A stretch of 32,000 bases of DNA, taken from contig BAAFHK010000003.1 in the NCBI GenBank assembly GCA_042852035.1, forward strand, positions 150,001 through 182,000, written 5' to 3'. The DNA is from Candidatus Saccharimonadota bacterium (GTDB lineage: Bacteria; Patescibacteriota; Gracilibacteria; BD1-5; UBA2023). Shown here piece after piece: positions 8,236 to 17,388 of this stretch; the first letter of the stretch is position 1, and every line of letters begins with the position of its first letter. A model generated the notes under the pieces. It was not told where the DNA came from. It made no database searches and was given only the letters and a program-made list of their open reading frames with translations. The position numbers were made by a program, and so were the translations under genes.

Positions 8236-10665
8236 ATGACTCAAGAGGAGCTCATCGTCGTTATTTCGATTGCACTCATCGTAATAATTCTCTTCTATAT
8301 CTCCACTCGTCGTCGCATTGCATTTCGACGGTCTCTGGAGATGACTTTTTTGCGTGTTATTATAGCAAGAAAAGATAGCGATCAAGATGAAAAAAAGGAG
8401 ACCGTTAAAGACTTTCGGGAACAGATATCTATCATGGAACAGCTCCTTGCGAGTTTGAAATCCCTCTATTCAAGTACAGCAATAGGTTGGCTTTTTGGGC
8501 AGGAATATATTTCCCTTGAGTATGTGGCTCATGAGCAAGAAATCTATTTCTATATTGTTGTACCAAAGCACTCAAAACTTCTTGTTGAAAAACAGGTTCT
8601 TGGGTTTTATCCCGATGCTCTTATCGAAGAAACGAACGAAATAAACATTTTCGAAGGAAAAAAGGTTGTCAGGGGGGAAATCATGAAACTCAAAAAGCCG
8701 TATGAATACCCTATTAGAACCTACCAAAAACTTGAATCAGATCCGATGAATGGGATTCTTTCAGCGTTTTCAAAACTCAGAGAAGATGAATCGAGCGTTA
8801 TACAGATACTTTTACGTCCGGTTGATGATGATTGGCAGGAAAGAATTAAAAAACATATTCGGAAAACGGAAAAGAAGCATACTGGGATACATCTTTCCTG
8901 GAACCCCCTTCATTGGATTGGATTAATCTTTGATCTTTTCACTCGAAATGATAAAGAAGATCTTCATAGCACTGAAGAAAAAGATGGAGAAGATCCAATA
9001 GACGAGGATGGTCTGATGAAAGAGAAGGTAAAAAAGACTGGATATACCGTATCTATTCGGATTCTCACCACAGGAAATGATGACGATGCTGTTTATGCTG
9101 AACTACAAAATATTATTTCGGCATTTTCTCAGTTTACTTCCCCCGCATATAATAAATTCAAGCCTGTAAAACGAAAATCCCTTTCAATTCTTATTCGACA
9201 TTATATTTTCAGGCAATTTGCTTGGTGGCAAAGAAACAGCATTATGAACAGCGAAGAACTCGCTACCTTGTTTCATTTTCCACATAATAAATACAACAAA
9301 CAACCAGAGATTCGTTGGCAGCGTTTCAAGCTCATAAAGGCACCGACAAATATTCCCAAAGAGGGGCTCTATATCGGAGAAAATAATTTCCGAGGCGAAA
9401 GAAAGCCAATTTATGTGAAAAATGAAGATCGATTTCGTCATTTTTACGTTATTGGGCAAACAGGTACGGGAAAATCATCCATACTCTCAGTAATGGCAAG
9501 GCAAGACGTACGATCTGGAAAATGACTCGCCATGCTTGATCCTCATGGTGACCTTGCGAGAGAACTCATCGGATATATCCCAAAAGATAGAGCAGATGAT
9601 GTGGTCTACTTTGACCCTGGCGATCTTGCTCGTCCAATGGGACTCAATATGCTTGAAGCAGCAAATGAAGACGAGAAACAAATGGTAGTAGCTGATGCTA
9701 CTAATATCATGATAAAGCTTTTTGGAAATGAGATTTTTGGACCTCGTATCCAAGACTATTTCCGAAATGGGTGCCTCACTCTTATGGACTACCCTCAATG
9801 AGGTGCTATTACTGATCTCGTACGACTTTTTACTGATGAAAACTTCCAAAGAGAACGCCGAACAACTCTAAAAAATGCCGTTGTGCGAGCATGGTGGGAC
9901 TATACTTATGCAAAAATGGGGGAACGAGAAAAGTGAGAGATTATCCCATACTTCGCAGCAAAATTTGGTCAGTTCATCACGAATACAATGATGCGCAACA
10001 TCGTTGGACAAACAAAAAGTGCCTTCGATGTAAGTGAGATTATGAATCATGAGAAGCTCCTTCTTGTATCGCTTTCAAAGGGTATTATCGGTGATCTCAA
10101 CTCAAATCTTCTTGGCCTTATACTCGTTTCAAAGATTCAAATAGCAGCCATGCGTCGACAAAACATGGCAAAAGAAGATCGTAAAGATTTCTTTCTTTAT
10201 ATCGATGAATTCCAAAACTACATTACTGATTCGATTGAGTCTATCCTTTCTGAGGCACGTAAGTATCGACTTTGACTCGTTATTGCGCACCAATATCTAT
10301 GACAATTAGAAAAATCTGATGCTCTTACGAAATCGAGCCTCAACCTTAAGGGGGCAATATTTGGTAACGTTGGAACGGTTATGAGTTATAAACTTGGACC
10401 TGAGGATGCTGAATTTATGGCAAAACAATTTGCTCCCGTCTATTCTGAACAGGATTTTGTAAATATGGATAAATTTAAGGCGGCTATTAAACTTTCAGTC
10501 GATAGCCAACCAACACCAGGATTCTCTATAGCTCCTCCAAACCCATTTCTTGAGGTTCCAGATACAAAAACAGGTGCCGCCCTGAAAGAACTTTCCCGAC
10601 TTAAGTATGGCCGAGAAAGAGAGTTTGTTGAAAAAGAAATCATTTATCGTGTCGGAGCTAACTAA
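8236..10665 (+). CDS. VirD4/TraD/TraG-family P-loop NTPase, paralogue 2, with an N-terminal TM helix and the same uncharacterised N-domain
   Basis: The 809-aa product is rebuilt from 4 same-frame fragments joined by 5 TGA codons. The N-terminal TM is LIVVISIALIVIILFYI. Motifs are Walker A HFYVIGQTGTGKSS, MLDPHGDL, FFLYIDEFQNY and EARKYRLG(TGA)LVIAHQY. It is collinear with paralogue 1 over the whole length, including ELA.L.H.P and W.W/HWIG motifs in the N-domain. Confidence 0.8.
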
Positions 10666-10672
10666 TTCGCTT

Positions 10673-11650
10673 ATGAAGTATACACTCCCCCTCATCGCGA
10701 TAGTCACAGTTATTCTAGGTCAGATAGCCTATGCCGATGATCCAAAATTCGACTGTGATGTGAGAACCTACTCTTGTTATGAAAAGCATGTAGAGAACAT
10801 TTGTAATGCGAGAGATGAACCCTTTAAAAGTCAGTGGTGATCTTGACCCGATCTTTGAGCCCTAAAATCAATTGCCTCTTGTAAATATCCAGAACTTGAT
10901 AAAGATAAGATCAATAACACTATACGCTGTATTGAAACGCTTGAGCAGTCTGATTCAACTGCTCTCCAAGATGGCGTAAGCATGAGCTCCATGGGGGCAT
11001 CGAATTGATTTCGAATTGCCGAACTTTCAAGACTTATGTACCGGAGAAACATGAATAGCATATTCGCCTGTTGAGTGATTGCGAGTCGTTATTCGAAGCT
11101 CGATTCTCTCAATACAATTCTTATTGGAAAGCAATGATCTTCTGAGATTCAAGAAAGCATCAATAAAGAACGGAAGCGATATGAAACCTTAAAAAACCAG
11201 ATGAGTTGTGATCAAAATAGGCCTGCCAATAGCTCAACAGGGGTAGTAGAACGACTCATGAAAAGTAGCATGAAAGAATATTGTAAATACACTTACTACC
11301 TTGATTATGTTGATGCAAATTTAAGAGAGAACTTTGATGCTATCTCAAAACTTGATACAAAAATAGGAGATAATAATAGCTCAAAATCAGCATCAACAAC
11401 AAATGATGCTCAGAAGGAAATCATTTCACGTGGAAGGTTTGTGGAGGACGAAAGAAAGCGAGCCAACGAAGTACTCCCAAAAGCCATAGTTGCATTTCAA
11501 GAAATGGATCGAACATATGTTATTCATATAATGCTCACATTCCTCTATGATGACTACCTAAAACTTCGAGATCAACTCAATATTTATCTCACAACGATAG
11601 GGCAAACATTTGAAAAAGCATTTAATGCACAAGACGATAATCAAAGATAA
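10673..11650 (+). CDS. secreted Cys-containing hypothetical protein (signal peptide, 8 Cys)
   Basis: ATG 10673 lies 8 nt after the ATPase-2 stop, in the same frame as ORFs 10607.. and 11201.., joined by TGA codons. The N-terminus is MKYTLPLIAIVTVILGQIAYADDP, followed by FDCDVRTYSCYEKHVENIC. 325 aa. No family recognised. Confidence 0.6.
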
Positions 11651-11653
11651 CAA

Positions 11654-11685
11654 TAAAAAAACTCGCCATATGGCGAGTTTTTTTA
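11654..11685. terminator. bidirectional rho-independent terminator
   Basis: Perfect palindrome actcgccatatggcgagt (11661-11678) flanked by an A-run on the left and a T-run on the right. It lies between the convergent stops at 11650 (+) and 11686 (-). Confidence 0.8.
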
Positions 11686-11904
11686 TTATTTATTGAGAGT
11701 TTCAGTCTTTTTCTGACGAGCATAGAACTTGTCGACAGAACTTGTTTTAAGAAGAGTTTTCTTTCCAGTATAGAATGGATGACACTTAGAGCAGGTTTCT
11801 ACACGAATTTCTTCGTCCTTAATACTACTCATTGTCTCGAACTTATTTCCACAAGAACAAACAACTTGTACTTTTTTAAACTGTGGGTGAATATTTTTTT
11901 TCAT
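11686..11904 (-). CDS. rpmE: 50S ribosomal protein L31
   Basis: The product [27 protein letters not shown]...[11 protein letters not shown] is the classic L31 sequence with the CxxC...CxxC zinc ribbon. It contains no TGA. Confidence 0.9.
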   Translation of the reverse strand: MKKNIHPQFKKVQVVCSCGNKFETMSSIKDEEIRVETCSKCHPFYTGKKTLLKTSSVDKFYARQKKTETLNK

Positions 11905-12046
11905 AAGAAAAATGGTTAGGAGTATTACAATCGCTTGATACGAGTGTTCCTAGTATTTTTTATGGTGAAATACAAAACCGTTTGAGCGAAGAACTCAAAA
12001 TTAAGGACTCATTTTCGGAATTCTTAATTTTTAATTCTCCAGTGAG

Positions 12047-12131
12047 TGGTGCCCAGGAAGAGACTTGAACTCTTACACCGTAAGGCAACGGCTTCTAAGA
12101 CCGTCGTGTCTACCAATTCCACCACCTGGGC
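12047..12131 (-). tRNA. tRNA-Leu (anticodon UAG), class II with long variable arm, CCA encoded
   Basis: The reverse complement folds as acceptor GCCCAGG/CCTGGGC, anticodon stem ACGGT/GCCGT with loop CTTAGAA, and T arm AAGAG-TTCAAGT-CTCTT, ending in ACCA. Confidence 0.9.
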
Positions 12132-12143
12132 AGACATTTTGTA

Positions 12144-12228
12144 TGGTGGGCCGGGAGGGATTCGAACCCCCGAAGGCGAAGCCAAAGGATTTACAGTCCT
12201 CCCCATTTGACCACTCTGGTACCGACCC
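12144..12228 (-). tRNA. tRNA-Tyr (anticodon GUA), long variable arm, CCA encoded
   Basis: The reverse complement is GGGTCGG...GAGGA-CTGTAAA-TCCTT...GGGGGTTCGAATCCCTC-CCGGCCC-ACCA. The acceptor contains one G-U pair. Confidence 0.9.
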
Positions 12229-12239
12229 ATATACAAAAA

Positions 12240-12315
12240 TGGAGCCACTTATCAGACTTGAACTGATGACCGTCGGTTTACAAAACCGATGCTCTACCAA
12301 CTGAGCTAAAGTGGC
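12240..12315 (-). tRNA. tRNA-Thr (anticodon UGU), CCA encoded
   Basis: The reverse complement is GCCACTT TA GCTC AGTTGGTA GAGC A TCGGT TTTGTAA ACCGA CGGTC ATCAG TTCAAGT CTGAT AAGTGGC T CCA. Confidence 0.9.
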
Positions 12316-12376
12316 ACGTGGGGCTGATTGTATAAAAAACGGTTGTCTTGTCAAAATATTTTTATACACTCATTGT

Positions 12377-12832
12377 ATGATAACGATACTTGCTGTTACA
12401 GATGGCTTTAAGCATTTTGGTGAGGCGATTTCCGAATACGGAAAGCGTATACAAAAAGTGGTCACTCTGAAACCCATAAAACCAATCTCTCACACAAACC
12501 CGGAGTACATAAAAATTAAAGAGACTCTTGCCATTATTGAAGTTCTAAAAAAACAAAAAGGTAAGGTCATTCTTCTGGACGAGCGAGGAAAAAGCAAAAC
12601 AACACGCGAATTTATGGAAACTCTAGAAGATGCAAAGAATTCGAGCGATGATATTATATTTATTATTGGTGGAAGTTACTGAATCGATTTGGAGATATTT
12701 CGAGATATTCCCCATGAAACCTTAAAGCTCTCTGATTTTGTTATGCCCCATTCCCTCGCGCTTCTTGTCCTTCTGGAACAAATTTATCGAGCGCATGAAA
12801 TAATGAAGGGGAGTGGATACCACCACAGTTAA
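12377..12832 (+). CDS. rlmH: 23S rRNA (pseudouridine1915-N3)-methyltransferase RlmH (SPOUT)
   Basis: The 151-aa product reads MITILAVTDG...ILLDERGK...IIFIIGGSYG(TGA)I...LSDFVMPHSLALLVLLEQIYRAHEIMKGSGYHHS, which matches the RlmH C-terminal knot motifs. Confidence 0.85.
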
Positions 12833-12914
12833 GGATACACTCATTTGAAATTGCTCCCTTATTAAAAAAGAAGATCCTTTCTTACTTTTCAGCTATGAAA
12901 AGCGAAGAACAATC

Positions 12915-13180
12915 AAAAAACCCACGATCATGGGTATGACGCGGGTTCAGATTGGGGTGCCGAGCGTCATACACTGTGAGATTATAAAAGAATGAATCTC
13001 GGGTAGACGAACGGTCAGGGGGTGGGTGCTCAACCCTTAGCATAAATGCTAAGCTCAACTGGCCTTTCGACGTGATTTTTGAGACGTTCTATCGTGCCGT
13101 CTTTTGCCCAGCGAGGGGCCTGAATTATGCTTTCTAGTAAATAGAAGGTATAATACAGGCTCCCCACCAGTGTTTTGATT
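12915..13180. ncRNA. GC-rich structured island, candidate small RNA of unknown class (strand unresolved)
   Basis: The segment is locally much more GC-rich than its surroundings and is packed with stems. These include accca/tgggt (12920-12935) preceded by an A-run, which is a terminator if read on the minus strand. Others are atgacgc/gcgtcat (12936-12970), gagatt/aatctc, gggt/accc and cttagca/tgctaag. A ~51-nt extended hairpin at 13115-13165 has two G-U pairs that form only in plus sense and is followed by gtgttttgattcttt. No ORF explains the region. Confidence 0.3.
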
Positions 13181-13186
13181 CTTTCT

Positions 13187-13205
13187 GTATCTGTATACAA
13201 GAAAT
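13187..13205. repeat. copy 1 of the 19-nt direct repeat gtatctgtatacaagaaat (contains the palindrome TGTATACA)
   Basis: Exact match to 13515-13533. It is preceded by a partial ttctgta. Confidence 0.85.
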
Positions 13206-13503
13206 TGCTCTTTTTGTATTGATATGAAAATTTGTGAATCTTTGTTTTGGTATTGGTAGCAGGAAGGTCCTTTGAGGAAGGTTTCCTATTATTAGCCAGT
13301 CGAGTCTTTTAAGGGTCATTCACTTCCGTGAAGACATAAGCAGTATAGCAGGTTTTCGGAAAGTCGACGAGTTCACAAATCTTGATTTTTCTAGAAATAT
13401 TTGGATTACTATAGTTTAACACCATATTTTTCGCTCTACAAAGAACAAATTGAGAACATTAATTTTTCGTACAGTTATAGAACCTTTTTTGTATAAATAT
13501 TGT

Positions 13504-13533
13504 GTATCTGTACAGTATCTGTATACAAGAAAT
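13504..13533. repeat. copy 2 of the 19-nt repeat (13515-13533), preceded by the related gtatctgtaca (13504-13514, palindrome CTGTACAG)
   Basis: The motif GTATCTGTA occurs at 13187, 13504 and 13515. Confidence 0.85.
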
Positions 13534-13686
13534 CCTTTTCTGTAAAAGAAAACTCTGGATATCGAATATGATTTATCTCTCTAAAAAAAATTATCAAGCT
13601 CACTATAGAGATTCTACCACTATATATTGTGGATTGATTGTGTAATCCAATAGAGTAAAGGGATAGTGCAGGATTTATCTAGTGTT

Positions 13687-14385
13687 TTACTGATAAATAA
13701 GAGAAAAAGCGGTTACCACCCCAGCTGTTTCGGTTCTCATGATCCTCTCTCAAAATCGTACAAATATAAAACCATTTTCTTTCATTTTATTTCGCTCATT
13801 CTCACTCCAGCCCCCCTCTGGCCCCACCCAGAGTGATATCTCTTGATTTTGGGGCATTTCTGTGAGTTTTTTTGATATTCCTGTAGTATCAAGTACTGTA
13901 TTAAGAATATTGGAAGGATATTGGTTATACGATATTGAATCTTCAAATATGATTTCTGGCATCCTAAGGCCTCAACATTGTTCCAGGGCTTCACGAGCAA
14001 TTATATGAAAACGCTGCTTCTTGGAGTCAGAGAGAATAAGTTTCTGGGAAAAATCGGAACGAAAGAATATAAAACGTGAGATTCCTACTTCCACACCTTT
14101 TTGAATGATATATTCAAGTTTCTCAATTTTATTTGGCAATGCCTGATAAAGAGAGATTTGTTTTGTTGGTTCGGTTTGGGGGGTATTTTTTTTCTTCAAA
14201 CAAAGAGTGATGCTTTTTTTTGTAATACCTCTTATCTCATACTCACTCTCAGATCCATCTCCCGAAAAAAGAATAACTGACTCGCCAACTTGCATTCGTA
14301 ATACTCGAGTAAGTTGATGGTGAATATCTCAATCAGTAACTTCAATATCTGGAAGAAGTGAAAAATTTACGTAAAAACGCTGCAT
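13687..14385 (-). CDS. rsmE: 16S rRNA (uracil1498-N3)-methyltransferase RsmE
   Basis: The product reads MQRFYVNF...HHQLTRVLRMQVGESVILFSGDG...EALEQCG(TGA)ALGMPEI...WVGPEGGWSENE...RFG(TGA)ERIMRTETAGVVTAFSLIYQ. The true stop is TAA at 13687-13689, 63 nt beyond the standard-code ORF end. 232 aa. Confidence 0.85.
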
Positions 14386-14396
14386 AATAAATAAAA

Positions 14397-14936
14397 CTAT
14401 TTTCCTGAAATTAATTTATAAAGGTCTATTGGGAGCAGAAGTGCATCAAGTACAACTCTCCCGGCAAGCCAGAGAAGAAAAAGAGATCACTGAGCCAGAC
14501 CATACATAAATCCACCCATATCTACAAAAATGTTTTCCCCGATCTTTTGAGATTCGAAGTATTTTGTAAGCTCATTATTTGCAAGGGGATACATTTTCGG
14601 ATCAAAGACATAGTCTGGTATTGCATCTGGTATGTTATTCCTTTCATCTCATACATCTTCTCCTTCGATTCTTTTTAGGGCGTCCTTATAGGTATCGACT
14701 GAAATCTCTCCCCTATCGAGTGCTTCTTTTATATCCCCCTTAAGAAGCTCAAGTGATTGTCCTGTTTCGATTCGGCGCTTCAATTCAAACACATCAAGTT
14801 TCTTTTTTGAGCGAATTTTTTCCTTTCATTTTTCAAAACTCTCTTTCTTTTCTTCGATGACAATAGTTTCTCTTTCTTTATTTTCTTTGATGCGATTTCG
14901 AGCCTCATTATAGACTCAGGGATTCTCTCATGGCAT
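14397..14936 (-). CDS. hypothetical protein, charged N-terminal half and C-terminal TM segment
   Basis: ATG 14936 to TAG 14397-14399 gives 179 aa with 5 in-frame TGA. The C-terminal hydrophobic stretch is GSLFLLWLAGRVVLDALLLPI. The stop lies 12 nt before the rsmE start. No family recognised. Confidence 0.5.
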
Positions 14937-15071
14937 AGAGAAAGTATAGGGAATAATCTGAATTTTTCAAACTTGAAAATACGCTAAAAATCCCGAGAAA
15001 CAAGAAGTCCAAGGAACAAAAAATTTTCGAAATGAGTCTTAAAGAGATGTGTTTATTAGGAGAATATGTTT

Positions 15072-15092
15072 CAAAAAACCCTTTTCAGGGTT
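15072..15092 (-). terminator. rho-independent terminator after sufB
   Basis: The minus-strand sequence reads aaccct-gaaa-agggtt followed by tttttt, immediately after the sufB TAA. Confidence 0.7.
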
Positions 15093-16508
15093 TTAGAGTC
15101 ACTCCATTTCCATTCCGATAAGTATATTCATCTCTGCAGCATATTCGAGAGGAAGCTCTTTCATTAAAGGGGAAACGAATCATCTGACGATAAGTGTTTT
15201 TGCTTCATCTTCTGGTATACCATGAGAAAGAAGATAAAAAAGAACATCTTCATTTATCTTTCCAACGCTCGCTTCATGGGCCACAAGTGCATCATCTGAA
15301 GCAACACGAATATCAGGGATTGTGTCAGAGCGAGAATTTTTATCGAGGATAAGACCATCACAGTCAATCTTTGCGACAGCACCGGTTGCTGATTTTTTTA
15401 TATCGAGGAGTCACCGATATACTGAAATTCCCCCATTTTTCGAAAGGCTCTTTGAAATAACCTCACTCGAGGTATGTTTGCCAATATGGATAACTTTTGC
15501 TCCCGTATCAGTATTTTGTCAGGAATTTGCAAATGCAATACCATAATGTAAGGCCCGAGATCTGTCTCATTTGAGAACCGAGCATGGATAAAGCATAGTA
15601 ACTCAAGAACCAAGATTTCCACCAACCCACTCGATGGATCCTCCTTCTTCTACAAGGGCACGTTTTGTATTGAGGTTATAGGTATCTATTGACCAATTTT
15701 CGACACTCGAGTATCGCATTCTTGCGTTCTTCCCCACATATATCTCTACGCAGCCCGCATGAAGACTTGCTGTACCGTATTTCGGAGCACTACAACCCTC
15801 GATATAATGAGCTTCAGCATCATCTTCAACAATAATTAAAGTATGCTCAAATTGCCCACCTGCTTTTACGTTCATTCGAAAGTACGCTTGAAGTGGATCA
15901 GTGATTTTCACGCCCTTAGGGATATAGAGAAATGTTCCCCCACTCCATACCGCTCCATGGAGGGCCGCGAACATGTGATCACTATTTGGCACCACTCTCA
16001 TAAAGTGCGATCGTACCAATTCTTCATGTTCGATTATTGCTACTGACATATCTTCAAATATGACTCCAAGATTTTTGAGCTCCTCTCTGAGATTGTGGTA
16101 TACGACTTCACTGTCATACTGAGCACCGACTCAAGCAAGCATGGCACGTTCAGCCTCAGGGATTCAGAGTCGGTCAAAGGTAGATTTAATCTTTTCAGGA
16201 ACTTCATCCCATGATTTTGAATCTCATGCACCCTCAGGCTTGGCAAAGTAGTAAATAGATTCTAGATCAAGGAGATCTAATGAAGGTCACCAAGTTGGCT
16301 TTTTAAAAGAGCGATATAGTTCAAGTGACTTGAGTCTCTGCTGAAGCATCCAGTCAGGCTCCTTATTCGAAATGGATATCTGACGTACGACTTCTTCATC
16401 AAGTCACATCTTGGCTATCTGCGAATATACGATTGTATCACTCGAATCCAGCGTTTTTCTTGATATATCGCCAAAGGCTTGAATGTCATCTTGTGGGTTT
16501 TGAGGCAT
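15093..16508 (-). CDS. sufB: Fe-S cluster assembly protein SufB
   Basis: 471 aa. The product reads MPQNPQDD...YYFAKPEGAG...HGAVWSGGTFLYIPKGVKI...QFEHTLIIVEDDAEAHYIEGCSAPKY...GKHTSSEVISKSLSKNGG...ALVAHEASVGKINEDVLFYLLSHGIPEDEA...LIGMEMEGL. I checked codon by codon from 15093 to 15605 and found no in-frame TAA/TAG. Confidence 0.9.
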
Positions 16509-16520
16509 TTCTAATGAAGT

Positions 16521-17255
16521 TTAAAAACCATTCTTCCGAATATCATCTATTAGGGCTTGTTCGCCATGTCGATGAATTTGTCAAGAACTCATAATTACTA
16601 CTTCATCGACATTAATAGTGTCGAGTAAATGAAAATTATGAGAAATAATGATAACAACTTTTGACATACTTCGCCATTTTTGTATTTGCTTTGAGAGGAT
16701 TTCAAGCGCTCCGATATCGAGACCCGAATCGATTTCATCAAGGAGGATAAGTTTCGGATCAAGGAGGGCGATCTGAAGCATCTCTATTCTGCGTTTTTCT
16801 CAACCAGAGAAACCAACATAAAGATCTCTATCAAGAAATTTTGAATCGATTCCATATTCTGGAAGAAGCTTCTCCACCATTCTTCGAAAGACAAATGGAG
16901 TTGGAGCCTTTTCACCTGGATGACTCTTCTCAAATGAATGATTATATATGGTGCGAAGGTACTCTATAAGGCGGATACCTGGTATTTCTGGTACGTTTTG
17001 GAATGAGAGAAACATACCCCTTTCTGAGAGAATATTTGGCGTGAGATTACTCAGAGATTCACCGAGAAAGAGCGCTTCTCCTTCTATTGAATAACGTGGG
17101 TGATGAAACAGTGCAAAAGCAAGTGATGACTTTCCACTTCCATTTTTTCCGAGAAGAGCATAGATTTTGCCTCATGAAAATGAAAATGTAAAATCATTGA
17201 CTATGGTTTTTTCCTCTACCGTAACAGATATGTGAGAAAGTTGAAGCATGCGCAT
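16521..17255 (-). CDS. sufC: Fe-S cluster assembly ATPase SufC
   Basis: Motifs are Walker A LLGKNGSGKSSL, ABC signature FSGG(TGA)EKRR, Walker B LILLDEIDSGLD and H-loop IISHN. 244 aa, with the stop 12 nt before the sufB start. The start could instead be the second ATG at 17249. Confidence 0.9.
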
Positions 17256-17326
17256 ATGATAAGAAACTCAAAGAGAAATGCAAATTTTATTCGAGAAAGA
17301 TTCTCATTATACAGAATACACAAACC

Positions 17327-17352
17327 AAAAACCCCACACATAAAGTGCGGGG
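17327..17352 (-). terminator. rho-independent terminator after the S-layer gene
   Basis: The minus-strand sequence reads ccccgcac-tttat-gtgtgggg followed by ttttt, ~40 nt downstream of the TAA at 17389-17391. Confidence 0.7.
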
Positions 17353-17388
17353 TAAGTGGCAAGAGATCAATTCTCGGAAGAGAAAAGA

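Noticed and set aside
4709-10665. The two large ATPase genes appear in the ORF track as nine separate ORFs, which could be read as decayed pseudogenes. The same is true of sufB, sufC, glyA, rny, comEC and others.
   Set aside because: All fragments of each gene lie in one frame and are separated only by TGA. The TGA positions fall on conserved glycines, so these are intact genes under code 25.
12024-12369. Three overlapping ORFs (74-98 aa) on both strands.
   Set aside because: They run straight through three canonical tRNA genes (Leu, Tyr, Thr), which explain the locally GC-rich sequence.
12915-13180. Attempted to call the GC-rich island as tmRNA, RNase P RNA, SRP RNA, 5S rRNA or a degenerate tRNA.
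   Set aside because: I found no 5' GGGG..UCGAC with a 3' T-arm/ACCA pairing at tmRNA spacing. A ggggcctg...caggctccccacca pairing exists but encloses only ~40 nt. There is no complementary partner for a P4 helix; the only GGAAAGTC string is at 13358 and has no partner strand. There is no GGAA-capped SRP domain IV and no 5S CCGAAC block. The class is left open.
13134-13415. 61-aa minus-strand ORF, extendable to 67 aa from an upstream ATG under code 25, as a possible small gene or integrase remnant.
   Set aside because: It has no recognisable motif, a basic low-complexity composition, and it overlaps the structured island hairpin. It is kept only as context for the 19-nt repeat finding.
12833-13686. 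The long AT-rich gap could be a replication origin, since there are a few DnaA-box-like strings such as tgtggatt.
   Set aside because: There are only weak partial matches to TTATCCACA, no cluster of boxes, and no dnaA/dnaN neighbourhood, so the evidence is insufficient.
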